This document shows, piece after piece, positions 35,508 to 44,621 of a stretch of DNA of 64,000 nt. Where the stretch lies: NCBI GenBank assembly GCA_963789615.1, contig CAWBLI010000008.1, positions 832,197 through 896,196 of the forward strand, given 5' to 3'. The notes below the pieces were generated by a model that was given only the letters and a program-made list of their open reading frames with translations, was not told the DNA's origin and did not search any database. The DNA comes from an uncultured Actinomycetota bacterium (lineage in GTDB: Bacteria; Actinomycetota; Actinomycetes; JAFAQI01). Both the position numbers and the translations under genes were made by a program. Every line of letters begins with the position of its first letter. Position 1 is the first letter of the stretch.

Positions 35508-36755
35508 GTGGGTGGTGCAGCCGACGCGCAGCCGGATTATTACGCTGCCTCCGCCGGTGGCAAGCGTGAGCGTCTAGCGCGCGCAGCCCCGACCGGGGTA
35601 GGGGAGGCCTTCCCCAAGACCCTGGTGGTGACAGCTCATTTCCCACCTCGACGAGGGGGTGTCGAACGATTCACCACTGAGCTGGTCCGCCGCCTGCCGG
35701 CCGATCGCATCGTGGTCGCCGCGCCGGGAGGTCCCGATTGCTCGGAGGCTGATAGTCAGTTGCCCTTTAGAGTGCACCGGTACGGGAGACGGCCGTTGTC
35801 CAACCCGACTCTTCCGTCGACCCTCGCGCGCTTGGTGGCCGAGCATGGCTGCCATGCAGCCTGGGTCACTTCGGGCATCCCGCTCGGAGTGGTGACTCCG
35901 TGGTTGCGTCGGGCCGGTGTTCGCCGGATCGTGGTCTCGACGCACGGCCTGGAATCCGGATGGGCTGGGTGGGCAGCAGCGGCTGTAGTGATCCGTCGAG
36001 CGACGTCGCTGGTTGACGTCGTGACCTACCTCGGGCCGTTCACCCGTGACTCCCTCAAACCGGTCTTGGCGCCCGGCGTTGAGCTGGTGCAGCTGGCTGG
36101 TGGAGTGGACGTCGGTCATTTCTCACCCGCCGTCTCGGGGGCTCGCCTGCGCGAGGAGCTGGGCCTCGCCGGCCGGCGAGTCGTAGTCAGTGCCTCGAGG
36201 CTGGTCCGCCGCAAAGGCCAAGACCGGTTGTTACGGGCCTGGCCGACATTGCTACGGCGGCACCCGGACGCGGCGTTGCTCATCATCGGTGAGGGTCACC
36301 ACCGGGGCGCGTTGCAGCGACAGGTTCACCGGTTAGGGCTGGCTCGCCATGTGCGAATGGTCGGTTCGATCTCCGACGAGCGCCTGCCTGAGTATCTAGC
36401 CGTGGGAGAGATCTTCGCCTTGCCGTGCCGCACGATGTGGTGGGGCATGCAGGTGGAAGGGCTCGGCTTGAGCATTTTGGAGGCGTCCGGAGCCGGCTTA
36501 CCGGTGGTCGTGGGACGGTCAGGCGGCGCGCCGGACGCCGTGGTTGACGGCCGAACGGGGGTGCTCATCAACGACTGGACAGCTCACGGTCTCGCCGCCA
36601 CTCTCGCTGATCAGCTTGACGACCCGGACCGGATGCGCGAGATGGGCGCGACCGGCCGCGCCTGGGTTACGGATCGCTGGTCGTGGGACGCCGCCGCTGG
36701 GCAGCTGGCTCGTTCGGTCGCTGCCACCAGCCGCCACGCTGCCATGCCGGACTGA
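35508..36755 (+). CDS. GT4-family glycosyltransferase (PimB-like mannosyltransferase type)
   Basis: LVVTAHFPPRRGGVERF is the N-terminal motif, and EGLGLSILEASGAGLPVVVGRSGGAPDAVVDGRTGVLI is the E-x7-E region. GTG 35508 has GGAGG 4 nt upstream. Confidence 0.85.
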   Translation: MGGAADAQPDYYAASAGGKRERLARAAPTGVGEAFPKTLVVTAHFPPRRGGVERFTTELVRRLPADRIVVAAPGGPDCSEADSQLPFRVHRYGRRPLSNPTLPSTLARLVAEHGCHAAWVTSGIPLGVVTPWLRRAGVRRIVVSTHGLESGWAGWAAAAVVIRRATSLVDVVTYLGPFTRDSLKPVLAPGVELVQLAGGVDVGHFSPAVSGARLREELGLAGRRVVVSASRLVRRKGQDRLLRAWPTLLRRHPDAALLIIGEGHHRGALQRQVHRLGLARHVRMVGSISDERLPEYLAVGEIFALPCRTMWWGMQVEGLGLSILEASGAGLPVVVGRSGGAPDAVVDGRTGVLINDWTAHGLAATLADQLDDPDRMREMGATGRAWVTDRWSWDAAAGQLARSVAATSRHAAMPD

Positions 36756-37879
36756 AGCCCCCTCACTTCCGTGACCGTGCCAGCCAAGGACGCCGCTCCA
36801 TCGGGTGAGCCTCCAAGAGCACGCAAGCGCCTGTAGTGGCCGACGACCGCCGCGCGCAGAGTGGCGTACTCCGTCATCGGCAGACCGGTGCGCTCGAGCG
36901 CTTCTGGCACCGCCGTCCGGTGTAGCCCGGGAAGTTCGGAGCGCACAGCGACGGGTCGCAGGTGATGCGCGAGATGGTGCGTGAGGCCACCGGTAAACCA
37001 GCGCAACGCTGTGCTGTCGGTCGCGAACGATGCGGTGGTCAGGACGAGGTTGCGAGTCCAGTCGCGACGAGCCGACGCCTCGGCCGGCTCGAGGCCCTGG
37101 TTAATGTGGCCGACCACAAGCAACACCGCGGCGAGGACACTCGCGCAGGTCATGGCGACCAGGAGCAGAACTGCTAGTGGAGTGAAGCCAAGGACCAGCC
37201 CGTAAGGCAAGAGGACGACAAGCCATAGGCCCTTCTCGAGGATAAAAGATCCGGCACGTTCCGCCGGGCTGGGGGTCGTGGTGCCGGCGACAAACCCCGT
37301 GCGAAGGTAGGTCAGCTGGCTTCTCAGCTCACCCGCCCACGCCAACCCGTATAGCGCCCAGGCATAGAGATGCTGGTAACGGTGAACGGGGCGACCAGGC
37401 GCAGCGGGATGCAGCCGCACCAGCCCGGATGATCTAGTGGACTCGTCGAGCAGGTAAACCTGCGACATCTTGTGGTGAACCCGATGCTTCAGCGTCCAGT
37501 GGGAAGTCCACAGACCGACCGGTGTGGACAGTTGTACCGCTAGGACGTTAGGCCACGCCCGCACCGAGTACATTCGGTGACCGGCGTCATGCAGGACCGT
37601 CAAGGTCCCGACTGCAAGCCCCACTGACAAGGGCACCGCGGCCAACAACAGGTTGATGCCCCGCGGGTGGAGCAGTGAGATCGCCGTCAACATGCCGTTG
37701 TTCAAGAGCGCGATGATCAACCAATCACGCCACGGCTCCCACCGCCGGCGGCGAGGCAGAACGAGTCGCCGGTGGGCGACAGGCGGAGCCTGGGCGCTCG
37801 ATTCTGGGCTGCCGGGACTTGCCGAACTCATGTGCCGGCCACGAGGGCGAAAGGGGGGATCCGGGACCGGCCCTTTCAT
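36611..37879 (-). CDS. membrane fatty-acid desaturase family protein
   Basis: Three His boxes are present: HDAGH, HRVHH and HHLAHH. Start taken as ATG 37879 (GAGGTG 8 nt upstream); ATG 37831 is the alternative. Its 3-prime end overlaps the convergent GT4 gene by 145 nt. Confidence 0.8.
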   Translation of the reverse strand: MKGPVPDPPFRPRGRHMSSASPGSPESSAQAPPVAHRRLVLPRRRRWEPWRDWLIIALLNNGMLTAISLLHPRGINLLLAAVPLSVGLAVGTLTVLHDAGHRMYSVRAWPNVLAVQLSTPVGLWTSHWTLKHRVHHKMSQVYLLDESTRSSGLVRLHPAAPGRPVHRYQHLYAWALYGLAWAGELRSQLTYLRTGFVAGTTTPSPAERAGSFILEKGLWLVVLLPYGLVLGFTPLAVLLLVAMTCASVLAAVLLVVGHINQGLEPAEASARRDWTRNLVLTTASFATDSTALRWFTGGLTHHLAHHLRPVAVRSELPGLHRTAVPEALERTGLPMTEYATLRAAVVGHYRRLRALGGSPDGAASLAGTVTEVRGLQSGMAAWRLVAATERASCPAAASHDQRSVTQARPVAPISRIRSGSSS

Positions 37880-38127
37880 CACGCTGACACCTCGGTCTCT
37901 GGCGGACGAGTGACAACCCTGTCCAGTCTCACGTAGCACGACTACGGGGGCCGCCCAACGAAACGCGACACAGCGCCGCGATGGCACGTTAGTGGCGGTC
38001 TGACTACTGCGAATCGGACAATCGGAGTAACTTCCCTGAACGCCGTAGGACGTGGGATGTAGGCCGATAGTCGTAACGAACGTCCGCTGGGTTGATGTCG
38101 CCCCCCTTCCTTTCTCACTAGCGTCGA

Positions 38128-40230
38128 GTGGTGGCCATTGAGCAGCCGATCGCGCCGTGGCGACACCGGCCCGAACTCGATGGCCTGCGGTCCGTGGCGG
38201 TCTACCTAGTCGTGCTGTTTCATAGCGGGCTCGCCATTGCCGGTGGCGGCTTCATTGGCGTCGACCTGTTCTTCGTGCTCTCCGGCTTCCTGATCACCAA
38301 CGTTCTGCTCAGTGACATCGACGTCTCTGGGCGAGTCCACTTCGGGCAGTTCTACTCCCGGCGTGCACGCCGGCTTCTGCTCCCGGCGGTCGTCGTCATC
38401 GTCGTGACGTGTGTGGTGTTCCTGCTGATCGCGAGCGTCGTGCAGCGGCTCCCACTTGTCGGCGATGCGCAAAGCGCCCTGTTGTACGTTGCCAACTGGC
38501 GGTTTCTCAGTGAGAGCAACAACTACTTCGCGACCGGTTTCGCCAAGAGTCCGTTCCTGCACTTCTGGTCGCTCGGCATCGAAGAGCAGTTCTACGTCGT
38601 GTTCCCAGTGCTTCTCCTGTTGCTGACCCGTCTGGGACGCCGGCGTCCCTGGTTGCCAGCTGTCGGTCTCGCCGTCCTGTTCGCCCTGTCGCTCACTGCC
38701 GAGGTGTATTGGTCACGCCTTGACCCGAACCACGCGTACTACGGCACGGACGCCAGGGCCTACCAGCTGCTCGCCGGCGCTCTTCTGGCGCTGGCGCTGC
38801 GGGTCCAGCGCGCCCGCCTGACACTGCGGGGGGCGCGCGCGGCCGACGCTGCGGCGATGGTCGGGATGGCAGGTCTATTGCTGCTCGGCAGCGGGCTGCT
38901 GGACTTGAGTGTGTCCCGGCGCGGTATCGCGGCCGTTGCCGCCAGCACGCTGCTGATCGCTGGCCTGAGCGCCGCCGAAGGCGGTCGTCTCGCCGCCGTC
39001 CTGTCGCACCGCACCCCGGTCTATCTCGGCAGTGTCTCCTACGCGACCTATCTGTGGCACTGGCCAATCATCATCGCGGTTACGACGCTGTTCACCGTCA
39101 GCCACCTCGAGCTGGCCCTCATCGCCGCCGCGCTGGCGACGGGTCTTGCCGCCTTGTCCGCTGTGGTTGTAGAGAACCCGGTCCGGCGCCGGTCGGTACT
39201 GGACCGCTACCGCTGGCCGACGGTGGCGGCGGGCGTGTCGTTGTGCAGCATCGTTGCCGTCGCGCTCGTGCCGCCGGTGCTCGACAGCACGCGCCGACCG
39301 GCAGTCACCACAGCGGTCTCCGAACCCAACCACTACGTTCCCGCGCGGGCAGTCCCCGTCCGACATCGAAGGTCGTACCAGGCGCAGGCCAAAGCTCGTA
39401 TCCCGAGATTGAACTGGCAGGCGCTTGCGGCGCACAATGGACCTGCCCGGACCTGCGGTGCCTCCGATCCACAAGCGTGCACTGTCGTCCGCGGCGGCCC
39501 GCTGAGCGTAGTGCTGATCGGAGATAGTCACGCCCGGATGATGGCGCCCGTGCTGACCCAGCTTGCGCGACAGCACGGCTTCACGCTCTCGATCAATGCG
39601 ATGTCGTCGTGCCCATGGCAGGCTCAGCTGACCAACCTTGTAATGACCCACGCCCAGCAAGTGCAGTGCACCGCAGCCCGGGATGGGTGGTACGGGACGG
39701 TGCTCCCTCAGCTGCATCCGAACCTGGTGATCCTGGCGTCCTATGCCCGCGACAACGTCTCGATCTACGGGCACAGTCTCCTGCGCACCGGCGGGTCCAA
39801 CGAATCGCTGCACCAACTGATCAAAGACACGACGAACGAAACACTCGCGCGCATCACGAGCACTGGGGCGCACGCACTGATGATGGACAGCATCATTGTC
39901 GGTCGCTTCGACCCACTCGAGTGCCTCTCGCGGTCGACGTACGTGCGTCAGTGCACCGTGCGCCCTCCAGCGCCACCGATCAGCGACGCTTACTATGCGG
40001 CGGCTGCGGCGGCCCACCCCGGCAAGGTGTTCACCTTCAACATCAACGGCGCGGCATGCCCCACCGCACCTGCCTGTCTGCCCATGCTCGACGGCATACC
40101 GGTATGGCGAAATATCAATCACTACAACACCCAGCTCCTTGCCCACCTACACAACCAGATCTGGAGGTCGATCGTCCGCAGTGGAGCCCTGAAAGGTCTG
40201 CCCATCCCCAATCAAGACAACAACCCGTGA
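38128..40230 (+). CDS. acyltransferase-3 family membrane protein with C-terminal SGNH-like domain (OafA/YrhL type)
   Basis: RPELDGLRSVAVYLVVLFHS...GVDLFFVLSGFLIT is the AT3 N-terminal motif. It has about 10 TM helices. The C-terminal region has VVLIGDSHA. Confidence 0.9.
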   Translation: MVAIEQPIAPWRHRPELDGLRSVAVYLVVLFHSGLAIAGGGFIGVDLFFVLSGFLITNVLLSDIDVSGRVHFGQFYSRRARRLLLPAVVVIVVTCVVFLLIASVVQRLPLVGDAQSALLYVANWRFLSESNNYFATGFAKSPFLHFWSLGIEEQFYVVFPVLLLLLTRLGRRRPWLPAVGLAVLFALSLTAEVYWSRLDPNHAYYGTDARAYQLLAGALLALALRVQRARLTLRGARAADAAAMVGMAGLLLLGSGLLDLSVSRRGIAAVAASTLLIAGLSAAEGGRLAAVLSHRTPVYLGSVSYATYLWHWPIIIAVTTLFTVSHLELALIAAALATGLAALSAVVVENPVRRRSVLDRYRWPTVAAGVSLCSIVAVALVPPVLDSTRRPAVTTAVSEPNHYVPARAVPVRHRRSYQAQAKARIPRLNWQALAAHNGPARTCGASDPQACTVVRGGPLSVVLIGDSHARMMAPVLTQLARQHGFTLSINAMSSCPWQAQLTNLVMTHAQQVQCTAARDGWYGTVLPQLHPNLVILASYARDNVSIYGHSLLRTGGSNESLHQLIKDTTNETLARITSTGAHALMMDSIIVGRFDPLECLSRSTYVRQCTVRPPAPPISDAYYAAAAAAHPGKVFTFNINGAACPTAPACLPMLDGIPVWRNINHYNTQLLAHLHNQIWRSIVRSGALKGLPIPNQDNNP

Positions 40231-40428
40231 GCTGTTGCGAAACAAAGCCTGTCCGGCGCTGCGGGCGCGCTACCGACGGGGACCGCAATCGGTATACGCG
40301 TCGTGGCGCGGGGACGCGCTCTGAACGCGACGAATGAATCAGCCCGTCTATGCGGGATGCCAAAAGAGTGTCAATGTCTCGAACTCACCGCGTACACGCG
40401 GCAGAGTGGAGCGTCCAGGAGGATGCCT

Positions 40429-40632
40429 CGATCTGCTGATCGATTTGGATATCGGGTTGTCGGTCAACCCGACGTCGAGCGTCACGAAGTGGTAGTCCGT
40501 AGCCCCGGCGAGGATCGGATGTAGGCGGCTGAACGACCGTTTGAACGGCCGTTTGAACGCGGAACGAACTTTTGATCTTGGTCCGTACGGCGCGAACGCC
40601 TCGGTCCGGAGGTAAAAGGCCAGGTCAGAGGT
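40429..40632. repeat. flank repeat A1, similar to the region 3-prime of the intact tRNA-Lys (56253-56434)
   Basis: Shared blocks: atcgg.gt.tcggtcaacccga, gtcacgaagt, ggctgaac.accgtttgaac, cgtttgaac, tgatcttggtc and aaaggccaggtcaga. Confidence 0.6.
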
Positions 40633-40677
40633 GGTGCGCCGCGAGGGACTTGAACCCCCAACCCGCTGATTACGAGT
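40633..40677 (-). repeat. copy of the 3-prime half of tRNA-Lys(CTT), att-like
   Basis: 40633-40672 is identical to 56435-56474 (discriminator, acceptor 3-prime strand, T-arm, variable loop, anticodon-stem 3-prime strand, first loop bases). One mismatch and 4 more matches follow. The 5-prime half of the tRNA is absent. Confidence 0.75.
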
Positions 40678-40690
40678 GGCCCCGACGGCT

Positions 40691-40907
40691 GTAGGCGGCT
40701 GAAGGCCAGAGCTGCCAGCAGCGTTTGTGCAGGTCAGCGCCTCGCTCCACCGCCATCGAAACCGGTTCAGTGTGTGGAGTGTTCACGGTGAACCCAGGCT
40801 GAACTCTTGATCTTGATCTTGATCTTGGTCCGGGCCGGGGCTTTCCTGTCCCAATCAGTGAGCCAGCAGCACCCCACATCTTGAACCAGTCAAGCCGAGC
40901 GATAGCC
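40691..40907. repeat. intergenic repeat B2 (~200 bp), homologous to 50927-51129
   Basis: It aligns from gtaggcggctgaaggcc... through ggagtgttcacggtgaacccaggctgaactc and tgatcttggtcc to cttgaaccagtcaagccgagcgatagcc. It contains (TGATCT)x3 where the other copies have x1. Confidence 0.7.
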
Positions 40908-40996
40908 ACTTATGCGTGTTCACTCTTTGGGCATGAGGACGTGTCGGCCCGGTGGGGTGATGCTGCTGGTGAGCCGACTGGATTCTGGAGAACCTG

Positions 40997-42385
40997 ATGC
41001 CGAGTGTCTCGTGGCCTGGCGCCTTGAGCGGGGTTCGGATGGCTGGGGAGCTGCCGGTCCGCGAGGACCTTCCGGTCGTCTTCGATGAGCTGGATTACCA
41101 GATGGCCTGTCAGGTGTACCTGTGGGCATTGCCGCTGGTGTCCTACGCACAGTGGCAGACCCAGCACAGGAACGTCTTCGGCGCGACGAACTATGACTTG
41201 GTCCAGTACCTGTCCTACCGAGACCGGCTTGGCCTGATCACGGCGAACGCGACGACGCCGTACATCCTCAACTTCATCGACCTGAGTGAGACCGGTCCAC
41301 TCGTGGTCGAGCTCCCTCCTGGCCCAACAGCTGGCGGGTTATCGGACTTCTGGCAGCGTGAGTGCGGGATCCTCGGCGAGATGGGCCCGGATCAGGGGCG
41401 TGGCGGCAGGCATCTGATCGTGCCGCCCGGAACGCCTGTCCCCGAGGTCGATGACAGCTACTACGTGCATCAGGCCAGCGGCATGAACGTCATGTTCGGG
41501 TTCCGGACCCTCGATCCCGACCGGGAGCGCTCTCGCGCCTTGGTCGACGGGGTCCGGATCTCCTCCTTCGACGGTCGCAGCTCACCTGCCACGCGGATCG
41601 TGTCTCCTGATGGCCGCAGCTGGTCCGGCGACCAGCCTCGCGGGCTGGAGTACTGGGCCCGGCTGCATGAGATCTACCAGCGGGAGATCGTCGATGAGCG
41701 GGACCGGTTCTATCTGGCGATGCTCAAGCAACTGGGCGTCGAGAAGGGAAAGCCGTTCGCGCCGGGCGATCGGCTGACCGGGATCTTGACGGCCGCTACC
41801 GCGACGGGCGAGTTGATGGCGAAGGCCAACTCGTTCGCGAAACGGTTCCCAGGTGCGACGTACTGGCCCGACCGGCAGTGGGACCTCGTCCTGCAGCTCG
41901 ATCGCTCCGACCAGCGCGGCGACAACTACGACCAGCTGCTCGAGCGAGCCGCCTGGTTCTACGAGGCGGTCAGCTTCTCCGAGGCGATGAAAAGCCAAAC
42001 TCCCGGTGCCGGTCAGGCCTACCTCGGCAGCTACACCGATGCGGACGGTGCCTGGCTCGACGGTGGCACCACCTATACGATGCATGTGCCGGCGAACCCA
42101 CCGGCGAAGCTGTTCTGGTCGTTCACGGTGTACGACGTGGACACACGTTGCCTGATCGATAATGAGCAGCAGCGCGGCGACCGAGGATCCCGCGACGCCG
42201 ACCTGGTCCCCAACCCAGACGGTTCCGTCACCCTCTACGTCGGGCCAGCCGCCCCCGAGGCCAAAGATTCCAACTGGGTGCAGACCATCCCTGGCAAACA
42301 CTGGTTTGCTTATTTCCGCTTCTACGGACCACTTGAGCCGTACTTCGACCACAGCTGGAAACTCGGCGACATCACCCCAACCTGA
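40997..42385 (+). CDS. DUF1254/DUF1214 domain-containing protein
   Basis: DELDYQMACQVYLWALPLVSY...TPYILNFIDL...GGRHLIVPPG (DUF1254-like) and ...FYEAVSFSEAMK...FWSFTVYD...NWVQTIPGKHWFAYFRFYGP (DUF1214-like). The start could be ATG 41039. Confidence 0.75.
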   Translation: MPSVSWPGALSGVRMAGELPVREDLPVVFDELDYQMACQVYLWALPLVSYAQWQTQHRNVFGATNYDLVQYLSYRDRLGLITANATTPYILNFIDLSETGPLVVELPPGPTAGGLSDFWQRECGILGEMGPDQGRGGRHLIVPPGTPVPEVDDSYYVHQASGMNVMFGFRTLDPDRERSRALVDGVRISSFDGRSSPATRIVSPDGRSWSGDQPRGLEYWARLHEIYQREIVDERDRFYLAMLKQLGVEKGKPFAPGDRLTGILTAATATGELMAKANSFAKRFPGATYWPDRQWDLVLQLDRSDQRGDNYDQLLERAAWFYEAVSFSEAMKSQTPGAGQAYLGSYTDADGAWLDGGTTYTMHVPANPPAKLFWSFTVYDVDTRCLIDNEQQRGDRGSRDADLVPNPDGSVTLYVGPAAPEAKDSNWVQTIPGKHWFAYFRFYGPLEPYFDHSWKLGDITPT

Positions 42386-42412
42386 CCGAGCCCAGGCGAA
42401 GCGAACCGCACG

Positions 42413-42440
42413 AGAGCGGGTTCTGCGCGCTAACGCCACC
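42413..42440. repeat. copy of the ~27-nt GC-rich intergenic repeat
   Basis: agagcgggttctgcgcgctaacgccacc lies just after the stop at 42385. Confidence 0.5.
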
Positions 42441-42481
42441 TACATCGGGCTCGACGCGGTCCAATCTCGTCGATTCAGGGG

Positions 42482-42835
42482 CTAGTCGACCGGAGCCGCC
42501 CCGTCCATTAGGAGTGGATTGATGCTTAGTTCGCGACACAGTGTCCACATGGGCGATGTATTCAGTTGCTCTTCGACATACCTGACGTGGTCAGCCGCAG
42601 CTTCAGGGTCGGAATGAGTGAACTCGGCCACCACCGCGTGCGTGTCGCGGCGCATGACAACAACCCTTCTCGGCATCCATGGGTCGGGCGGGATCGAGAG
42701 AGGGTTGGCGACAGCAATGGCCCACCTCAGCAGATTCTTCCCGAAGAAACGTCCCCAGCCGACATGCTCGGCACGTGAAGTCACTTCTAAAAAGCGTCCG
42801 GCCCGGTTTTCCGGCGACAAAGGCATCGTGGACAC
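42482..42835 (-). CDS. hypothetical protein (weak call)
   Basis: 117-aa ORF with a GTG start. Its codon usage is visibly less G/C-biased than its neighbours. No family recognised. Confidence 0.3.
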   Translation of the reverse strand: MSTMPLSPENRAGRFLEVTSRAEHVGWGRFFGKNLLRWAIAVANPLSIPPDPWMPRRVVVMRRDTHAVVAEFTHSDPEAAADHVRYVEEQLNTSPMWTLCRELSINPLLMDGAAPVD

Positions 42836-42973
42836 AGATCATGCTAACGAGATCGACAGGGGCATCCACGTAGGAACTGGGCGCACCACATCGCGTCACA
42901 GGTTGACGGGTCAACCGAGCGGTAGCGCCGGTTCGCATCACAGTTGACCCGGCCACGCGCACGGTAGCGCCGG

Positions 42974-43399
42974 CTAGACGGCCGCGATGGCTTCGACCTC
43001 GATGAGAAGGACGTCGAAGGCGAGCGGAGCTTGAATCGCCGTCCGAGCCGGCGGATCGTCAGGGAAGTAGCGACCGTAGATCTCGTTGAAGGTCGCGAAG
43101 TCGCGCTGGATATCAGCAAAGAACGCCGTCACCTTGACCACCTTCGCCAGCGACGATCCAGCCGCCTCGAGTACCACCTTCAAGTTCGTCAGAACCTGCT
43201 CGGCCTGTTCGGCGAATCCACCCTCAACGAGCTGACCGGTTGCCGGATCGCCTGCGATCAAGCCTGACGTGTGGATCGTGTCACCAAGGCGAACCGCGGG
43301 GGCGATGGGGAGGGTCGACCCGGTCGCGGCGTTCGGGACCCGGTCCAGGTCCAACGGCGTCCCGGTATGAATGAGCTCGCGTTCAGCTGCCACCGACAT
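42974..43399 (-). CDS. RidA/YjgF family reactive-intermediate deaminase
   Basis: IHTSGLIAGDP.TGQLV...FAEQAEQVLTNLKVVLEAAGSSLAKVVKVTAFF...F..FNEIY..YF....PARTAIQ. Confidence 0.9.
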   Translation of the reverse strand: MSVAAERELIHTGTPLDLDRVPNAATGSTLPIAPAVRLGDTIHTSGLIAGDPATGQLVEGGFAEQAEQVLTNLKVVLEAAGSSLAKVVKVTAFFADIQRDFATFNEIYGRYFPDDPPARTAIQAPLAFDVLLIEVEAIAAV

Positions 43400-43833
43400 G
43401 CCCCTTCGTGTGCGACCTGGCTGAAATCACTACCGCTTCCACGTGTCAGCATCCAATCAGTTCGCGGTGGTCTGGTTCCAGTCCACAGCTCAGTGACTGA
43501 GTCCGCTCGGCTGAGTGTGTCTTCCGACGACGGATGCGGTCGGCTTCCCTTACCGTGCCGCGGACCTGCGACATGCATCAAGCGAAGCGATCTGGTCTCA
43601 AAGGTCGACCTCTACACCGAGTTCGCACATCCCGACCTGGCAGGCCAGGGCGCACGAGAGCGCCGGCTTCACGGTAGCTCTGTCTGCGCTACCGGCGTTG
43701 ACGGCGCCACATTTCGATACGGAACCCGATCAGGTGGCACCGCCCACCGTCGTCAGGACCGTAGCCACGATCCGACCGGACTCGCCCTCGATGCTTACCA
43801 GGCGATCAAGATCAGGAGCCCGGCGAATGTCAC

Positions 43834-44455
43834 TCAAGCATCCTGCGCACTCGTGTGAGCCCAGACGGCGGCCCAACCAGTCGCACACGTGGGCTCTCTA
43901 CCCGTGATGCGGCTTATGTCATCCGCGCGCGTTCGATCCGGACCGCCACCGATGGTCGGCATGTACTGGCTCGCATCGCAGGGCCTGAACTGACTCGCGC
44001 GAGCGGGAGCCTGGCGCGGATCGGCCGCGGCCAGCTTTACGAGCGCGGTCGCATCCACGCGATGAAGCTGGCACAGGCGTGACACCGGGAGCCTGCAGTC
44101 ACATCGTCCCACGATGACCATGCCGCTGCGTAGCGGGATCCGTGGCGACCAGATCATCCGGGTCGGCTTGGCGTTCGCGACCACGATCCCGCGTAGCCAT
44201 CCCGCGACCAGCTCGAGCAACCCGACGAAGCGGCGCGGTGAAAGCATCCGCCACGGCGGCACGATCTCGCCGAGCGGCGCCAGGGCAGCAGCAACCAGGA
44301 TCGCGACGGGCGCCGACCAGCAGCACCTCGAGGGTCCGCTTCCAGGTGAGCAGCACCCAGACGCCCAGGTTCCACGCCGTCAGCCCGAGCACGCGGCGGC
44401 CGAACCGCCGGCGACCCACTGCCGGGCCGACCCGGGGGTCATCTATCGGACACAC
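43834..44455 (-). pseudogene. MnhE/MrpE-like cation antiporter subunit remnant, frameshifted; possible MnhF/G debris downstream (43560-43850)
   Basis: Frame 44099..44455 gives RVLGLTAWNLGVWVLLTWKRTLEVLLVGA. Frame 43834..44262 continues FVGLLELVAGWLRGIVVANAKPTRMIWSPRIPLRSGMVIV. Both resemble the MnhE N-terminal and central regions. Recognition is from memory only. Confidence 0.35.
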
Positions 44456-44621
44456 GAAATGGCATCACCGGAAACCGGACCCAGCAACCCCCCGGCTGGC
44501 GACGAACCCACAACGAGGCCGAGATGGCCATCCGCATCCGACGCGCCGGGCATGCTCCGCCGGTTCCGGGGCAGGACAGGGAGATCTACTGAGTCATCGG
44601 GGCAGATCGGCCGGGAGAGCC

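Noticed and set aside
40349-40640. A minus-strand open frame reading through the tRNA-Lys fragment and the A1 repeat (…AFKRPFKRSFSRLHPILAGATDYHFVTLDVGLTDNP…).
   Set aside because: The repetitive peptide is just the translation of the CCGTTTGAAC tandem repeats. There is no start codon, and the homologous A2 region is interrupted by stops and frame changes.
40808-40825. Short tandem repeats (TGATCT x3, CCGTTTGAA x2) considered as a CRISPR array.
   Set aside because: The units are far too short, there are too few copies and there are no spacers. No cas genes are present in the window.
44142-44621. A 160-codon N-terminal extension of the PoxB-like ORF.
   Set aside because: It is an Arg/Ser/Pro-rich sequence antisense to the MnhE-like remnant. 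The conserved TPP-enzyme N-terminus starts at ATG 44622, which has a GGGAGAG ribosome-binding site.
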